A DNA stretch of 18,162 bases from Candidatus Eiseniibacteriota bacterium. Lineage in GTDB: Bacteria; Eisenbacteria; RBG-16-71-46; SZUA-252. Below the pieces are notes generated by a model, which had not been told where the DNA came from, did no database searches, and was given only the letters and a program-made list of their open reading frames with translations. Shown one piece after another: positions 1 to 7,504 of this stretch. Within the stretch, counting starts at the first letter, position 1. Every line of letters starts with the position of its first letter. Location: the NCBI GenBank assembly GCA_031370645.1, contig JANMQV010000090.1, positions 1-18,162 of the forward strand, in the 5' to 3' direction. Position numbers and translations under genes: made by a program.

Positions 1-1593
1 GCACCGCAGGGACTCTTGCGCGATGCGGGGCTCATTCTTCTCGCGGTCGCGCTGCAGGGTGTTTTCCTCTTCACCATGCGCTGGTCGCTCATCCGCGCGT
101 CACGGATCATGGAGTACGAACTTCGGAACGACATCTTCAGCCACATCGCGCGGCTCCCCGCACACACCTATCGGACGCGGAAGGTGGGCGATCTCCTCTC
201 CCGCGCCACGAACGATCTCGATGCCGTCCGCAACTTCCTCGGACCGGGCATCATGTACTTCGCGAACACCGTCATCACGTTCATCATGGCCGTCACGGTG
301 ATGTCCCAGATCGACTGGCGCCTCACCCTCATCGCCCTCATCCCGCTCCCGATCCTCTCCTTCCTCGTCGCGCGCCTCGGCGCGAAGTTGCATCACCACT
401 ACGAAGCGATTCAGGACTCCTTTGCCTCCATGACCGCGAAGGCGCAGGAGACGATGACCGGAATCCGCGTCGTCAAGGCCCACGTGGAAGAGGAGGGGGA
501 GTACGAGGCATTCAAGAAGATCCACGACGTCTACCTCGAGCGAAACCGCGAGATGATCAAATTGCAGGCCGGCATGTGGCCCACGATGTCGCTGGTCGGC
601 GGCATCGCGGCCGCGGTGGTGCTATGGGTCGGCGGTTCGGCGGTCGTGACCGGGAGGATTTCCCTCGGTTCGCTCGTGGCGTTCCAGATCTACCTCGCCA
701 TGCTCCTCTGGCCGATGATCGCGCTCGGCTGGGTGACGAATCTCTTCCAGCGCGGCGCCGCCTCCATGGGACGTATTCAGTCTGTTCTGGATGAGCCCGC
801 AGAATCCGATGTGGATGAGGTCGGGCCGCTTCCCACTCCGGACGTGACCGTGGAGTTGCGCGGCGTCGGCTACCACTATCCCGGCACCGATCGAGATGTG
901 CTCCGCGACGTGAACCTCACGATCCGTCCCGGCGACCGTGTGGCGCTGGTCGGACGGACCGGCGCGGGGAAGACGACGCTTCTCCAGTTGATCGCGCGCC
1001 TGGATGAGCCGACGGCGGGCGTCATCACCGTCGGCGGCGTGCCCACTGCGGAGTGGATGCGGAGCACGCTTCGCCGGCGCTTCGGCTTCGTGCCGCAGGA
1101 GACCTTCCTCTTCTCCGACACCATTCGCGCGAACATCGGCTTCGGCACCACGGAGGATGTGTCGGCGCCCGACGCCTTGCTGGTCGCGCGCCGCGCGGGG
1201 CTCGAGAGTGACCTCACGCAATTCCCGCAGGGGCTCGACACGACGATTGGAGAGCGTGGCATCACGCTGAGTGGCGGCCAAAAGCAGCGCGTCGCGCTGG
1301 CGCGGTCGCTCGCTCTCGAGCGCCCCGTGCTTCTCCACGACGACTGCTTTGCCTCGGTCGATCCCGGAACCGAAGAGCGCATTCTGGAGTCGCTCTTCGA
1401 ACTGCCGACGAAACCGACGATCCTCCTCGCCACGCACCGCCGTTCAGCGCTCCTTCGCGTCGATCGGATCGTGGTGCTCGACGGCGGTCGAATCGTCGCC
1501 ACCGGGTCGCACGAGGAACTCCTGAAGGCCGGCGGCCTCTACGCGGAGCTCTACCACCGAGAGGAAGTCGTCGAGGAGCTGGAGGCGCTATGA
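1..1593 (+). CDS. ABC exporter, fused permease/ATP-binding subunit (MdlA/YheI/TM287-like, degenerate-site half); 5' end truncated by the window
   Basis: Frame 1 is open from base 1. TM domain followed by an NBD: Walker A GRTGAGKT, Q-loop VPQE, signature LSGGQ, non-canonical Walker B VLLHDD, switch ATHR. Stop overlaps the next start (ATGA 1590-1593). Confidence 0.93.
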   Translation, partial: APQGLLRDAGLILLAVALQGVFLFTMRWSLIRASRIMEYELRNDIFSHIARLPAHTYRTRKVGDLLSRATNDLDAVRNFLGPGIMYFANTVITFIMAVTVMSQIDWRLTLIALIPLPILSFLVARLGAKLHHHYEAIQDSFASMTAKAQETMTGIRVVKAHVEEEGEYEAFKKIHDVYLERNREMIKLQAGMWPTMSLVGGIAAAVVLWVGGSAVVTGRISLGSLVAFQIYLAMLLWPMIALGWVTNLFQRGAASMGRIQSVLDEPAESDVDEVGPLPTPDVTVELRGVGYHYPGTDRDVLRDVNLTIRPGDRVALVGRTGAGKTTLLQLIARLDEPTAGVITVGGVPTAEWMRSTLRRRFGFVPQETFLFSDTIRANIGFGTTEDVSAPDALLVARRAGLESDLTQFPQGLDTTIGERGITLSGGQKQRVALARSLALERPVLLHDDCFASVDPGTEERILESLFELPTKPTILLATHRRSALLRVDRIVVLDGGRIVATGSHEELLKAGGLYAELYHREEVVEELEAL

Positions 1594-3494
1594 GCGGACC
1601 GTTCGGATCGGCCGCCGACGACGTCGACGGCAAGGGCAAGATCTACGACCAGCGCCTCGCGCGCCGGCTCCTGCAATACCTGAAGCCGTACAAGAAGGAA
1701 GTCACCATCTCGGTGATCCTCCTTGGGGCGATCTCGCTCCTGGAGGTGGCCGGGCCGTATCTGACGAAGGTCGCCATTGATCGCTACGTGAAGCCGGCGT
1801 CCGGCATAAGCGTGGCGCAGGCCGAGGCGATGCGCGGCCTCATGATGATCGCGGGTGCTTACGTCGGTGTCTTGGCGGGCGCGTTCGTGCTCCGCTACTG
1901 GCAGACCTACATCATGGGAATGGTAGGGCAGAAGGCGATGCAGGACCTTCGGCTCGGAATTTTCCGCCACTTAGAGACGTTGACCCCGGGGTACTTCGAC
2001 ACGCGACCGGTGGGCCGGATCCTCACGCGCGTTACCCAGGACGTGGCGGTGCTGAACGAGCTCTTCGCCCAGGGGGTCGTGGCGGTGATCGGGGACCTCT
2101 TCATGGTCGGCGGCATTGTGGCGGCCATGTTCTACATGAACTGGCGGCTCGCGCTCGTCACGATGACGACCGTCGTGCTCCTGGTCGTCGCCACCGCCAT
2201 CTTCCGCGCGAAGGTGCGCGTCTCCTATCGCCGGGTGCGGACGCGGCTCGCGAAATTGAACGCCTTCCTGCAGGAGCATCTCCAGGGACTCGATGTTTTG
2301 AAGCTCTTCAACGTCGAGGCGAAGCAGTCGCGGAAATTCGACGAGGCGAACAAGTCGCACTTGGACGCGCACGTACAGAACCTCTTCTACTACGCCGTCT
2401 TCTTCCCGGCGGTCGAATTCATCGGCGCCATCGCGCTCGCGTTGATCATCTGGTACGGAGGCGCGGGCGTCCTCGCGGGGACGGTGACGTTCGGCGTCGT
2501 CGTCGCGTTCATCCAGTACGCGGATCGCTTCTACCAGCCGGTGCGTGACCTGAGCGAGAAGTACAACGTCTTCCAGGCGGCGATGGTCTCGAGCGAGCGA
2601 ATCTTCGAGACGTTCGACACGGTTCCCGCGGTGACCGACCCGCCGGGCGAGCAGGCCGTGGCGGTCCCGGCGAGGCTGCGGGGCGAGGTCGAGTTCGACC
2701 ACGTCTGGTTCGCCTACAAGGACGAGGAGTGGGTGCTGCGCGACGTCTCGTTCAAGATCGCGCCGGGAGAGAAGGTGGCGATCGTCGGGGCCACGGGGGC
2801 GGGGAAGACGACCATTTCAAACCTCCTGACCCGGTTCTACGAGTTTCAGCGCGGCACGATTCGCGTCGATGGGAAGGACGTGCGGCAGATCATGGGGGCC
2901 ACCCTTCGCCGCCAGATCGGCCTCGTCCTGCAGGATGTGTTCCTCTTCAGCGGCACGGTGCGGGAGAACATTCGATTCGGCGCTCGTGAGCGGCCCGAGG
3001 GGGACGCCGATCTGGCGCTCGCGCAAGTCGGCGGCGAGCGGTTGAAGGCGCGGCTCCCGAACGGTCTCGGCGAGGAAGTCGGTGAACGGGGTGGTTTCTT
3101 CTCCATGGGGGAGCGGCAGATTCTCGCCTTCGCGCGGGCGCTTCACTACGATCCGTCGATCCTGATCCTGGACGAGGCGACCTCGAGCGTGGACGTCGAG
3201 ACGGAGCGCGTCATTCAGGAGGCACTTCACCGCCTGTTGGAGGGGCGGACGTCGCTCGTCATCGCGCATCGCCTGAGCACGATTCTCGACGCCGACCGAA
3301 TCCTCGTCATGCACAAGGGCGAGGTGCGGGAGCAGGGAACGCACGAGGAACTGCTGGCCAAGGGCGGCATCTACGCGCGGCTCTACGAACTGCAGTACAA
3401 GAACGCGCGCGGGGCGGCGGGCGGAGAATCCGCGGCCTTCGTGGGCGGTGTGGCGATGCCCTCGGCCGTCGCGGCCGAAGGGGAGAGCGCGTGA
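1590..3494 (+). CDS. ABC exporter, fused permease/ATP-binding subunit (MdlB/YheH/TM288-like partner)
   Basis: 634 aa. TM domain, Walker A GATGAGKT, degenerate signature FSMGE, canonical Walker B ILILDEATSSVD, switch IAHR. GGAGG precedes the ATG. Confidence 0.95.
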   Translation: MSGPFGSAADDVDGKGKIYDQRLARRLLQYLKPYKKEVTISVILLGAISLLEVAGPYLTKVAIDRYVKPASGISVAQAEAMRGLMMIAGAYVGVLAGAFVLRYWQTYIMGMVGQKAMQDLRLGIFRHLETLTPGYFDTRPVGRILTRVTQDVAVLNELFAQGVVAVIGDLFMVGGIVAAMFYMNWRLALVTMTTVVLLVVATAIFRAKVRVSYRRVRTRLAKLNAFLQEHLQGLDVLKLFNVEAKQSRKFDEANKSHLDAHVQNLFYYAVFFPAVEFIGAIALALIIWYGGAGVLAGTVTFGVVVAFIQYADRFYQPVRDLSEKYNVFQAAMVSSERIFETFDTVPAVTDPPGEQAVAVPARLRGEVEFDHVWFAYKDEEWVLRDVSFKIAPGEKVAIVGATGAGKTTISNLLTRFYEFQRGTIRVDGKDVRQIMGATLRRQIGLVLQDVFLFSGTVRENIRFGARERPEGDADLALAQVGGERLKARLPNGLGEEVGERGGFFSMGERQILAFARALHYDPSILILDEATSSVDVETERVIQEALHRLLEGRTSLVIAHRLSTILDADRILVMHKGEVREQGTHEELLAKGGIYARLYELQYKNARGAAGGESAAFVGGVAMPSAVAAEGESA

Positions 3495-4672
3495 GCGCTT
3501 CGAACGAGAAGGACCTCGCGCTCGCCCTATCGCTCGCCCGGGAGGCTGGTGCGCTCCTGAAGAAGAATTTCGGGGAAGCGCAGGAGATCGACTATAAGGG
3601 GCGGATCAACCTCGTGACGAGGATGGATCACGAGTCGGAGCGCCTCATTGTCGGCCGCATCCACGACGCACATCCGGGCGACGACGTCGTCGCCGAGGAG
3701 GGGCACGGCAAAAGTGGCGGCGCCGAGCGCGTCTGGATTGTCGATCCGCTCGACGGCACCGTGAACTACGCGCACGAATACCCGGTTTGGTCGGTTTCGA
3801 TCGCACTGCAGATTTCGGATCGGCTCGAGGTGGGCGTGGTCTATAACCCCCTCCTCGAGGAGATCTACGCCGGACGCCGGGGCGGCGGGGTCACGCTGAA
3901 CGGGAAGCCGAGACGCGTCACGACGTGCGACACGCTGGAGAAGGCAATGGTCGCGACGGGGTTTTCGTACGACCTGAGCGGCGACCACGAGAAGAACAAT
4001 CTGGGACCATTCGGGCGGTTCCTACTTCGCGCGCAGGCCGTGCGGCGCGCCGGTTCTGCCGCGCTCGCGATCGCCAAGGTGGCGGTGGGGCGGACGGATG
4101 GGTTCTGGGAGCGAAACCTCCAGCCCTGGGACATGGCCGCCGCGGCACTCCTGGTCGAGGAAGCGGGCGGGCGGCTCTCCGACTACCAAGGCGGCGACGG
4201 CTGGATGGAGGCAAAGCAACTGGTCGCGACAAACGGCCCACTCCATGATCAGGTACTCGCCGTCCTTCACGACGGACCTCCGGCGGATTGGGGGCTCCCT
4301 TCGTTAGCAGGGGATCCGCCGCCGCGCGACCAGATGATGGTCTATTTCGTCGGATATCTCTTCCTCGGTCCCAACCGGGATCTCTCGGAGGCGGAAGGGG
4401 ATCGGATTCAGCGCGAGCACCTTGCCTACAACCGGCGCCAGAGGGAACTCGAACACTACGTCCTCGTCGGCCCGTTCGCCGACGGAGGCGATCCGCGCGG
4501 GCAGATCGTGATGCGCGCGGAGTCGATCGAGGCGGCGAAGGCGATCGTCGCGGGCGATCCCGCCGTTCTTGCGGGAGTGCTTCGCGTGGAGCTTCGGCCG
4601 TGGTACGCCGCGAAGGGGATCACCGTCGTGCCGCCGACTCAGAGCGTGCCGGAAGAGTCCATCAAGTCGTAG
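3491..4672 (+). CDS. suhB: Inositol monophosphatase family protein (SuhB-like) with a C-terminal YciI/YCII domain
   Basis: IMPase motifs AEEG, WIVDPLDGTVNYAH, RRAGSAAL and PWDMAAA. After a Pro-rich linker comes a YCII-like domain (EHLAY...LVGPFADGGDPRG...GDPAVLAGVLRVELRPW). GTGA overlap with the upstream gene. Confidence 0.88.
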   Translation: MSASNEKDLALALSLAREAGALLKKNFGEAQEIDYKGRINLVTRMDHESERLIVGRIHDAHPGDDVVAEEGHGKSGGAERVWIVDPLDGTVNYAHEYPVWSVSIALQISDRLEVGVVYNPLLEEIYAGRRGGGVTLNGKPRRVTTCDTLEKAMVATGFSYDLSGDHEKNNLGPFGRFLLRAQAVRRAGSAALAIAKVAVGRTDGFWERNLQPWDMAAAALLVEEAGGRLSDYQGGDGWMEAKQLVATNGPLHDQVLAVLHDGPPADWGLPSLAGDPPPRDQMMVYFVGYLFLGPNRDLSEAEGDRIQREHLAYNRRQRELEHYVLVGPFADGGDPRGQIVMRAESIEAAKAIVAGDPAVLAGVLRVELRPWYAAKGITVVPPTQSVPEESIKS

Positions 4673-4682
4673 GGAGCGCTCG

Positions 4683-4862
4683 ATGACCGAGATGCGGTAC
4701 TACGTGATGGTCTTCCTCCGGACGGGTCCCATGCAGCCGACCGACGCCGAGGAGAAAAAGGCGCTTCAGATGGCGCACTTCGGAAACATGGAACGCTACT
4801 CGGCGAAGGGGATCGGAATCTTTCCAAGCACGGACTCGAACGAACCGGAAGGAGCGAATTGA
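4683..4862 (+). pseudogene. Short (59 aa) YCII-family paralog lacking the central ~55 residues
   Basis: GGGAG RBS before ATG 4683. MRYYVMVFLRTGP...AHFGNMER resembles a YCII N-terminus, and YSAKGIGIFPSTDS resembles the C-tail of the upstream YCII domain (YAAKGITVVPPTQS). GPF and DP motifs are absent. Confidence 0.6.
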
Positions 4863-5305
4863 GCGCGGCCGCCGTGAAATGTCGCGAGATGCGCGCCGCC
4901 GACGCACCGCGCGTCGCGGAGTTGGCCGGGGAGCTTGGCTATCCGTCGACGGCCGATCAGATCCTCGCGCGGAAGGCGGTGCTCGATCCGCAGGGGATGT
5001 CCGTGGTGTACGTCGCGGAGTCGGCCGACGGCGCGATCATGGGCTGGATCATCGTCTGCGAAATCTGTTCTTTGGAACTCGATCCGCACGCGGAAGTGAA
5101 GGGGCTGGTCGTGGCGGAGAGCGCGCGAAGTGGCGGAATCGGGGCCAGACTGATGGAAGTGGGAGAGGCCTGGGCTCGCGCGCGTGGACTTCGAGAAATG
5201 GTGCTCCGAAGCAACGTCATTCGCGACCGAGCCCACGCCTTCTACAAGCGAATCGGGTACGAGGAACAGAAACGGCAGGTCAAACTCAGAAAGCGCCTAT
5301 CCTGA
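4859..5305 (+). CDS. GNAT family N-acetyltransferase
   Basis: Acetyl-CoA motif LVVAESARSGGIGARLM and C-terminal NVIRDRAHAFYKRIGY. GAAGGAG RBS and TTGA overlap with the upstream ORF (alternative ATG at 4889). Confidence 0.9.
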   Translation: MSAAAVKCREMRAADAPRVAELAGELGYPSTADQILARKAVLDPQGMSVVYVAESADGAIMGWIIVCEICSLELDPHAEVKGLVVAESARSGGIGARLMEVGEAWARARGLREMVLRSNVIRDRAHAFYKRIGYEEQKRQVKLRKRLS

Positions 5306-5743
5306 GGCCGCTTCGCCGAGCCTAGCCACCTTTCGCAAGTCCTCCGCCCACCCCGCCGCATCTTCCTGCGGCTCGAACGAAAAAATCTCCGATACACGCT
5401 CCCCGACCACACGAACTCGGACTCGGCCCCCCTGGCGCCGGATCTCGACCATGCGCTGCGTACGCGAGGTCACTTCCAGGAGCACGCGGTCGTTTTGGTG
5501 GATGAGGAGCGACCCTTTGGTCACGAGGATCGACGCGAGCCGGTCCTTGTACCCCTGATCGTAGGGACCGGCGAGCCGCGTGTGGCGGACGATGACATTG
5601 TCCGCGCGGCGAATGATGCCTTCCGTCTCGAATCGTTGATTCCACTCGGGGGTGAGAGCGCTCGTGTCGCGGGCGCAGCCTCCGGCGCCCGCGACCGCCA
5701 GGACGCACCACGCGACAGCGACAACCAGCCGTGTGGTGCGCAT
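5297..5743 (-). CDS. Hypothetical lipoprotein (148 aa), possibly PH-like fold
   Basis: CAGGAGG RBS before ATG 5743. Signal peptide MRTTRLVVAVAWCVLAVAGAGG-C has a lipobox-like Cys. Beta-rich body ends in the helix EDAAGWAEDLRKV. Confidence 0.75.
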   Translation of the reverse strand: MRTTRLVVAVAWCVLAVAGAGGCARDTSALTPEWNQRFETEGIIRRADNVIVRHTRLAGPYDQGYKDRLASILVTKGSLLIHQNDRVLLEVTSRTQRMVEIRRQGGRVRVRVVGERVSEIFSFEPQEDAAGWAEDLRKVARLGEAASG

Positions 5744-5802
5744 GCCAACCTCCTGGATCGGTCGAGGGGGATGGCGGCGTTGCTTGGGCAAATTTGCCCG
5801 GC

Positions 5803-6303
5803 CTAGCCCCCCGTGACGGAAGCCATGCTGTCGGCACCAAGGGCTGCCGTCAAGAACTCGGCGCGGAGCGCTTCCATTTCCGCTTCGCCCGAAGCGGGAT
5901 CGAGTCGCCTCGTCAGACGCACCCACGCGAGGAGGGCTTTCGCCTCCTGCTTCGTGAATACCGAAAGGGCCGCCGCGGGAGTCTTGGAGCGGCCTTCCCA
6001 AACGACGGCGCACGCGTAGCGAAGGCACTGAGAGGAATTTTCCGGATACTTCGGGCGGATGGCCTGACCCAGTAGTCGCATGCTGCGCGCGAGCCAACCG
6101 TAACCTTCGTCCCGGCCACCGTTGATGCGAATCGCGGTCTGGAAGTGGGTCATCGCGGTTCGAAGTTTCTCCGTGTACTGCTCTGGTGATTCCGTCCTCG
6201 TCGCCTCGTCGACCAAGACGCGCCCGCGCGTCATGGCATCGTCCCACTCTTTCGTCCCCTCCTGTGCGAGGGCCAGCACCTCTTCGATCTTGTCACCTTG
6301 CAT
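5803..6303 (-). CDS. Hypothetical alpha-helical protein with a TPR-like repeat (166 aa)
   Basis: AAGGAG RBS before ATG 6303. The segment AMTHFQTAIRINGGRDEGYGWLARSMRLLG fits the TPR pattern. Confidence 0.72.
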   Translation of the reverse strand: MQGDKIEEVLALAQEGTKEWDDAMTRGRVLVDEATRTESPEQYTEKLRTAMTHFQTAIRINGGRDEGYGWLARSMRLLGQAIRPKYPENSSQCLRYACAVVWEGRSKTPAAALSVFTKQEAKALLAWVRLTRRLDPASGEAEMEALRAEFLTAALGADSMASVTGG

Positions 6304-6345
6304 GATGATCGCTCCTTGGGTGGTGGGTCGAGGTGACTGGAGAGA

Positions 6346-6361
6346 AGCAAGATCGGGGCCG
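6346..6361 (-). promoter_or_regulatory. Candidate sigma54 (-24/-12) promoter
   Basis: Minus strand CGGCCCCGATCTTGCT = GG-N10-GC with TTGCT at -12, 42 nt upstream of ATG 6303. Confidence 0.55.
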
Positions 6362-6523
6362 GGGTGGCGGGGCGGAGACCGAGTGGGCGAGGTGCCTCGG
6401 AGTGGGCTAAACCCTTGCGGGGCAGGGCGTCGCAGATCGCGACGGGGACTCGAAGTTGCAATGCCCGGCAATGTGAACGACGGGGCGCGCAAGGCTGCAC
6501 CGCAAGGAAGCGAAGGGGGCGAT

Positions 6524-7504
6524 TTAGGAGGTGGAGGATGCTTCTCGCGCTGCCAGGGCGCGGAGATGCTCCTCGTACTCCTCCACGAAGCGCCGCACCA
6601 CTTCCGCGGCGGGGATTACGTCGTGGATGAGGCCGCTCGATTGGCCAGCCTCGAGTTCACCCTCGGTGACGTCACCTTCCAGGATTCCGAGGCGCGCGTG
6701 TTTCACTCCATAGACTTCGGCTAGTTCTTCGCGCGTGGCGCCGCGCATTTCGGCTTCACGCACGCGATCGACCCACGGGTTCCGCAGTGCCCTGACCGGA
6801 GCGATCTTCTTCGCGAAGAGGGCTGTGGCGCCGTCCGAGGCTTCCACCACGGCGCGTTTGTAGTTTTCGTGCGCGCTCGACTCTGTCGTCGCGGCGAAAC
6901 GCGTCCCGACCGAAATCCCTTCGGCGCCGAGCGCCATGGCGGCTAGGAATTGTCGGCCATCGGCGATTCCGCCGGCCGCGACCACCGGGACTTTCACCGC
7001 ATCCACCAATTGCGGGATGAGGGAGAGGGTCGTCACTTCATCGATGCCGTTGTGACCGCCGGCTTCAAATCCTTCGCCGACGATGATGTCGACGCCGCAC
7101 GACTCGGCCTTCTTGCCATGCTTCACGCCGGGGACGACATGGATCCATGTGACGCCCGCGCGCTTGATTCGCTCCGCGAAGTTCGCGGGATTTCCGGCGC
7201 TCGAGACGATCACGTCGATACCGCCCGCCAGTGCGACCTCCAATAATTCCGCCGCGTCGCCTCGGAGGAGCGGCACGTTCACCGATAGCCGCCCCTTCGT
7301 CAGAGCCTTCGCCTTCGCGATCTGCTCGCGGAGCAACTCCTGCTTCATGGAGCCGGCGCCGATGCAGCCGAGAATGCCGGCCTCGGCGCAGGCGACGGCA
7401 AGGCGATAGCCGGAAGCCCAGACCATTCCCGCTTGGAGGATGGGGTAGCGGATGCCGAGGATTTCAGTGACGCGGGTTCGGAGTGATCCTGGCCCACTCG
7501 TCAC
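6524..7504 (-). CDS. fabK: FMN-dependent enoyl-ACP reductase II (FabK) / nitronate monooxygenase family protein
   Basis: LGIRYPILQAGMVWASG, GEGFEAGGHNG, PVVAAGGIADG and VGTRF motifs, resembling Bacteroidetes-type FabK. GTG start at 7504 overlaps the aroC stop (GTGA). Confidence 0.85.
   Translation of the reverse strand: MTSGPGSLRTRVTEILGIRYPILQAGMVWASGYRLAVACAEAGILGCIGAGSMKQELLREQIAKAKALTKGRLSVNVPLLRGDAAELLEVALAGGIDVIVSSAGNPANFAERIKRAGVTWIHVVPGVKHGKKAESCGVDIIVGEGFEAGGHNGIDEVTTLSLIPQLVDAVKVPVVAAGGIADGRQFLAAMALGAEGISVGTRFAATTESSAHENYKRAVVEASDGATALFAKKIAPVRALRNPWVDRVREAEMRGATREELAEVYGVKHARLGILEGDVTEGELEAGQSSGLIHDVIPAAEVVRRFVEEYEEHLRALAAREASSTS

Noticed and set aside
5744-6492. Longer starts for the two hypothetical genes (6247 and 6492)
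   Set aside because: The extensions are low-complexity Arg/Pro-rich sequence. Strong SD sequences support ATG 5743 and ATG 6303.
6304-6523. Riboswitch or sRNA in the large intergenic gap
   Set aside because: No recognisable aptamer consensus or terminator; promoter-type elements explain it better. An Rfam scan would settle it.
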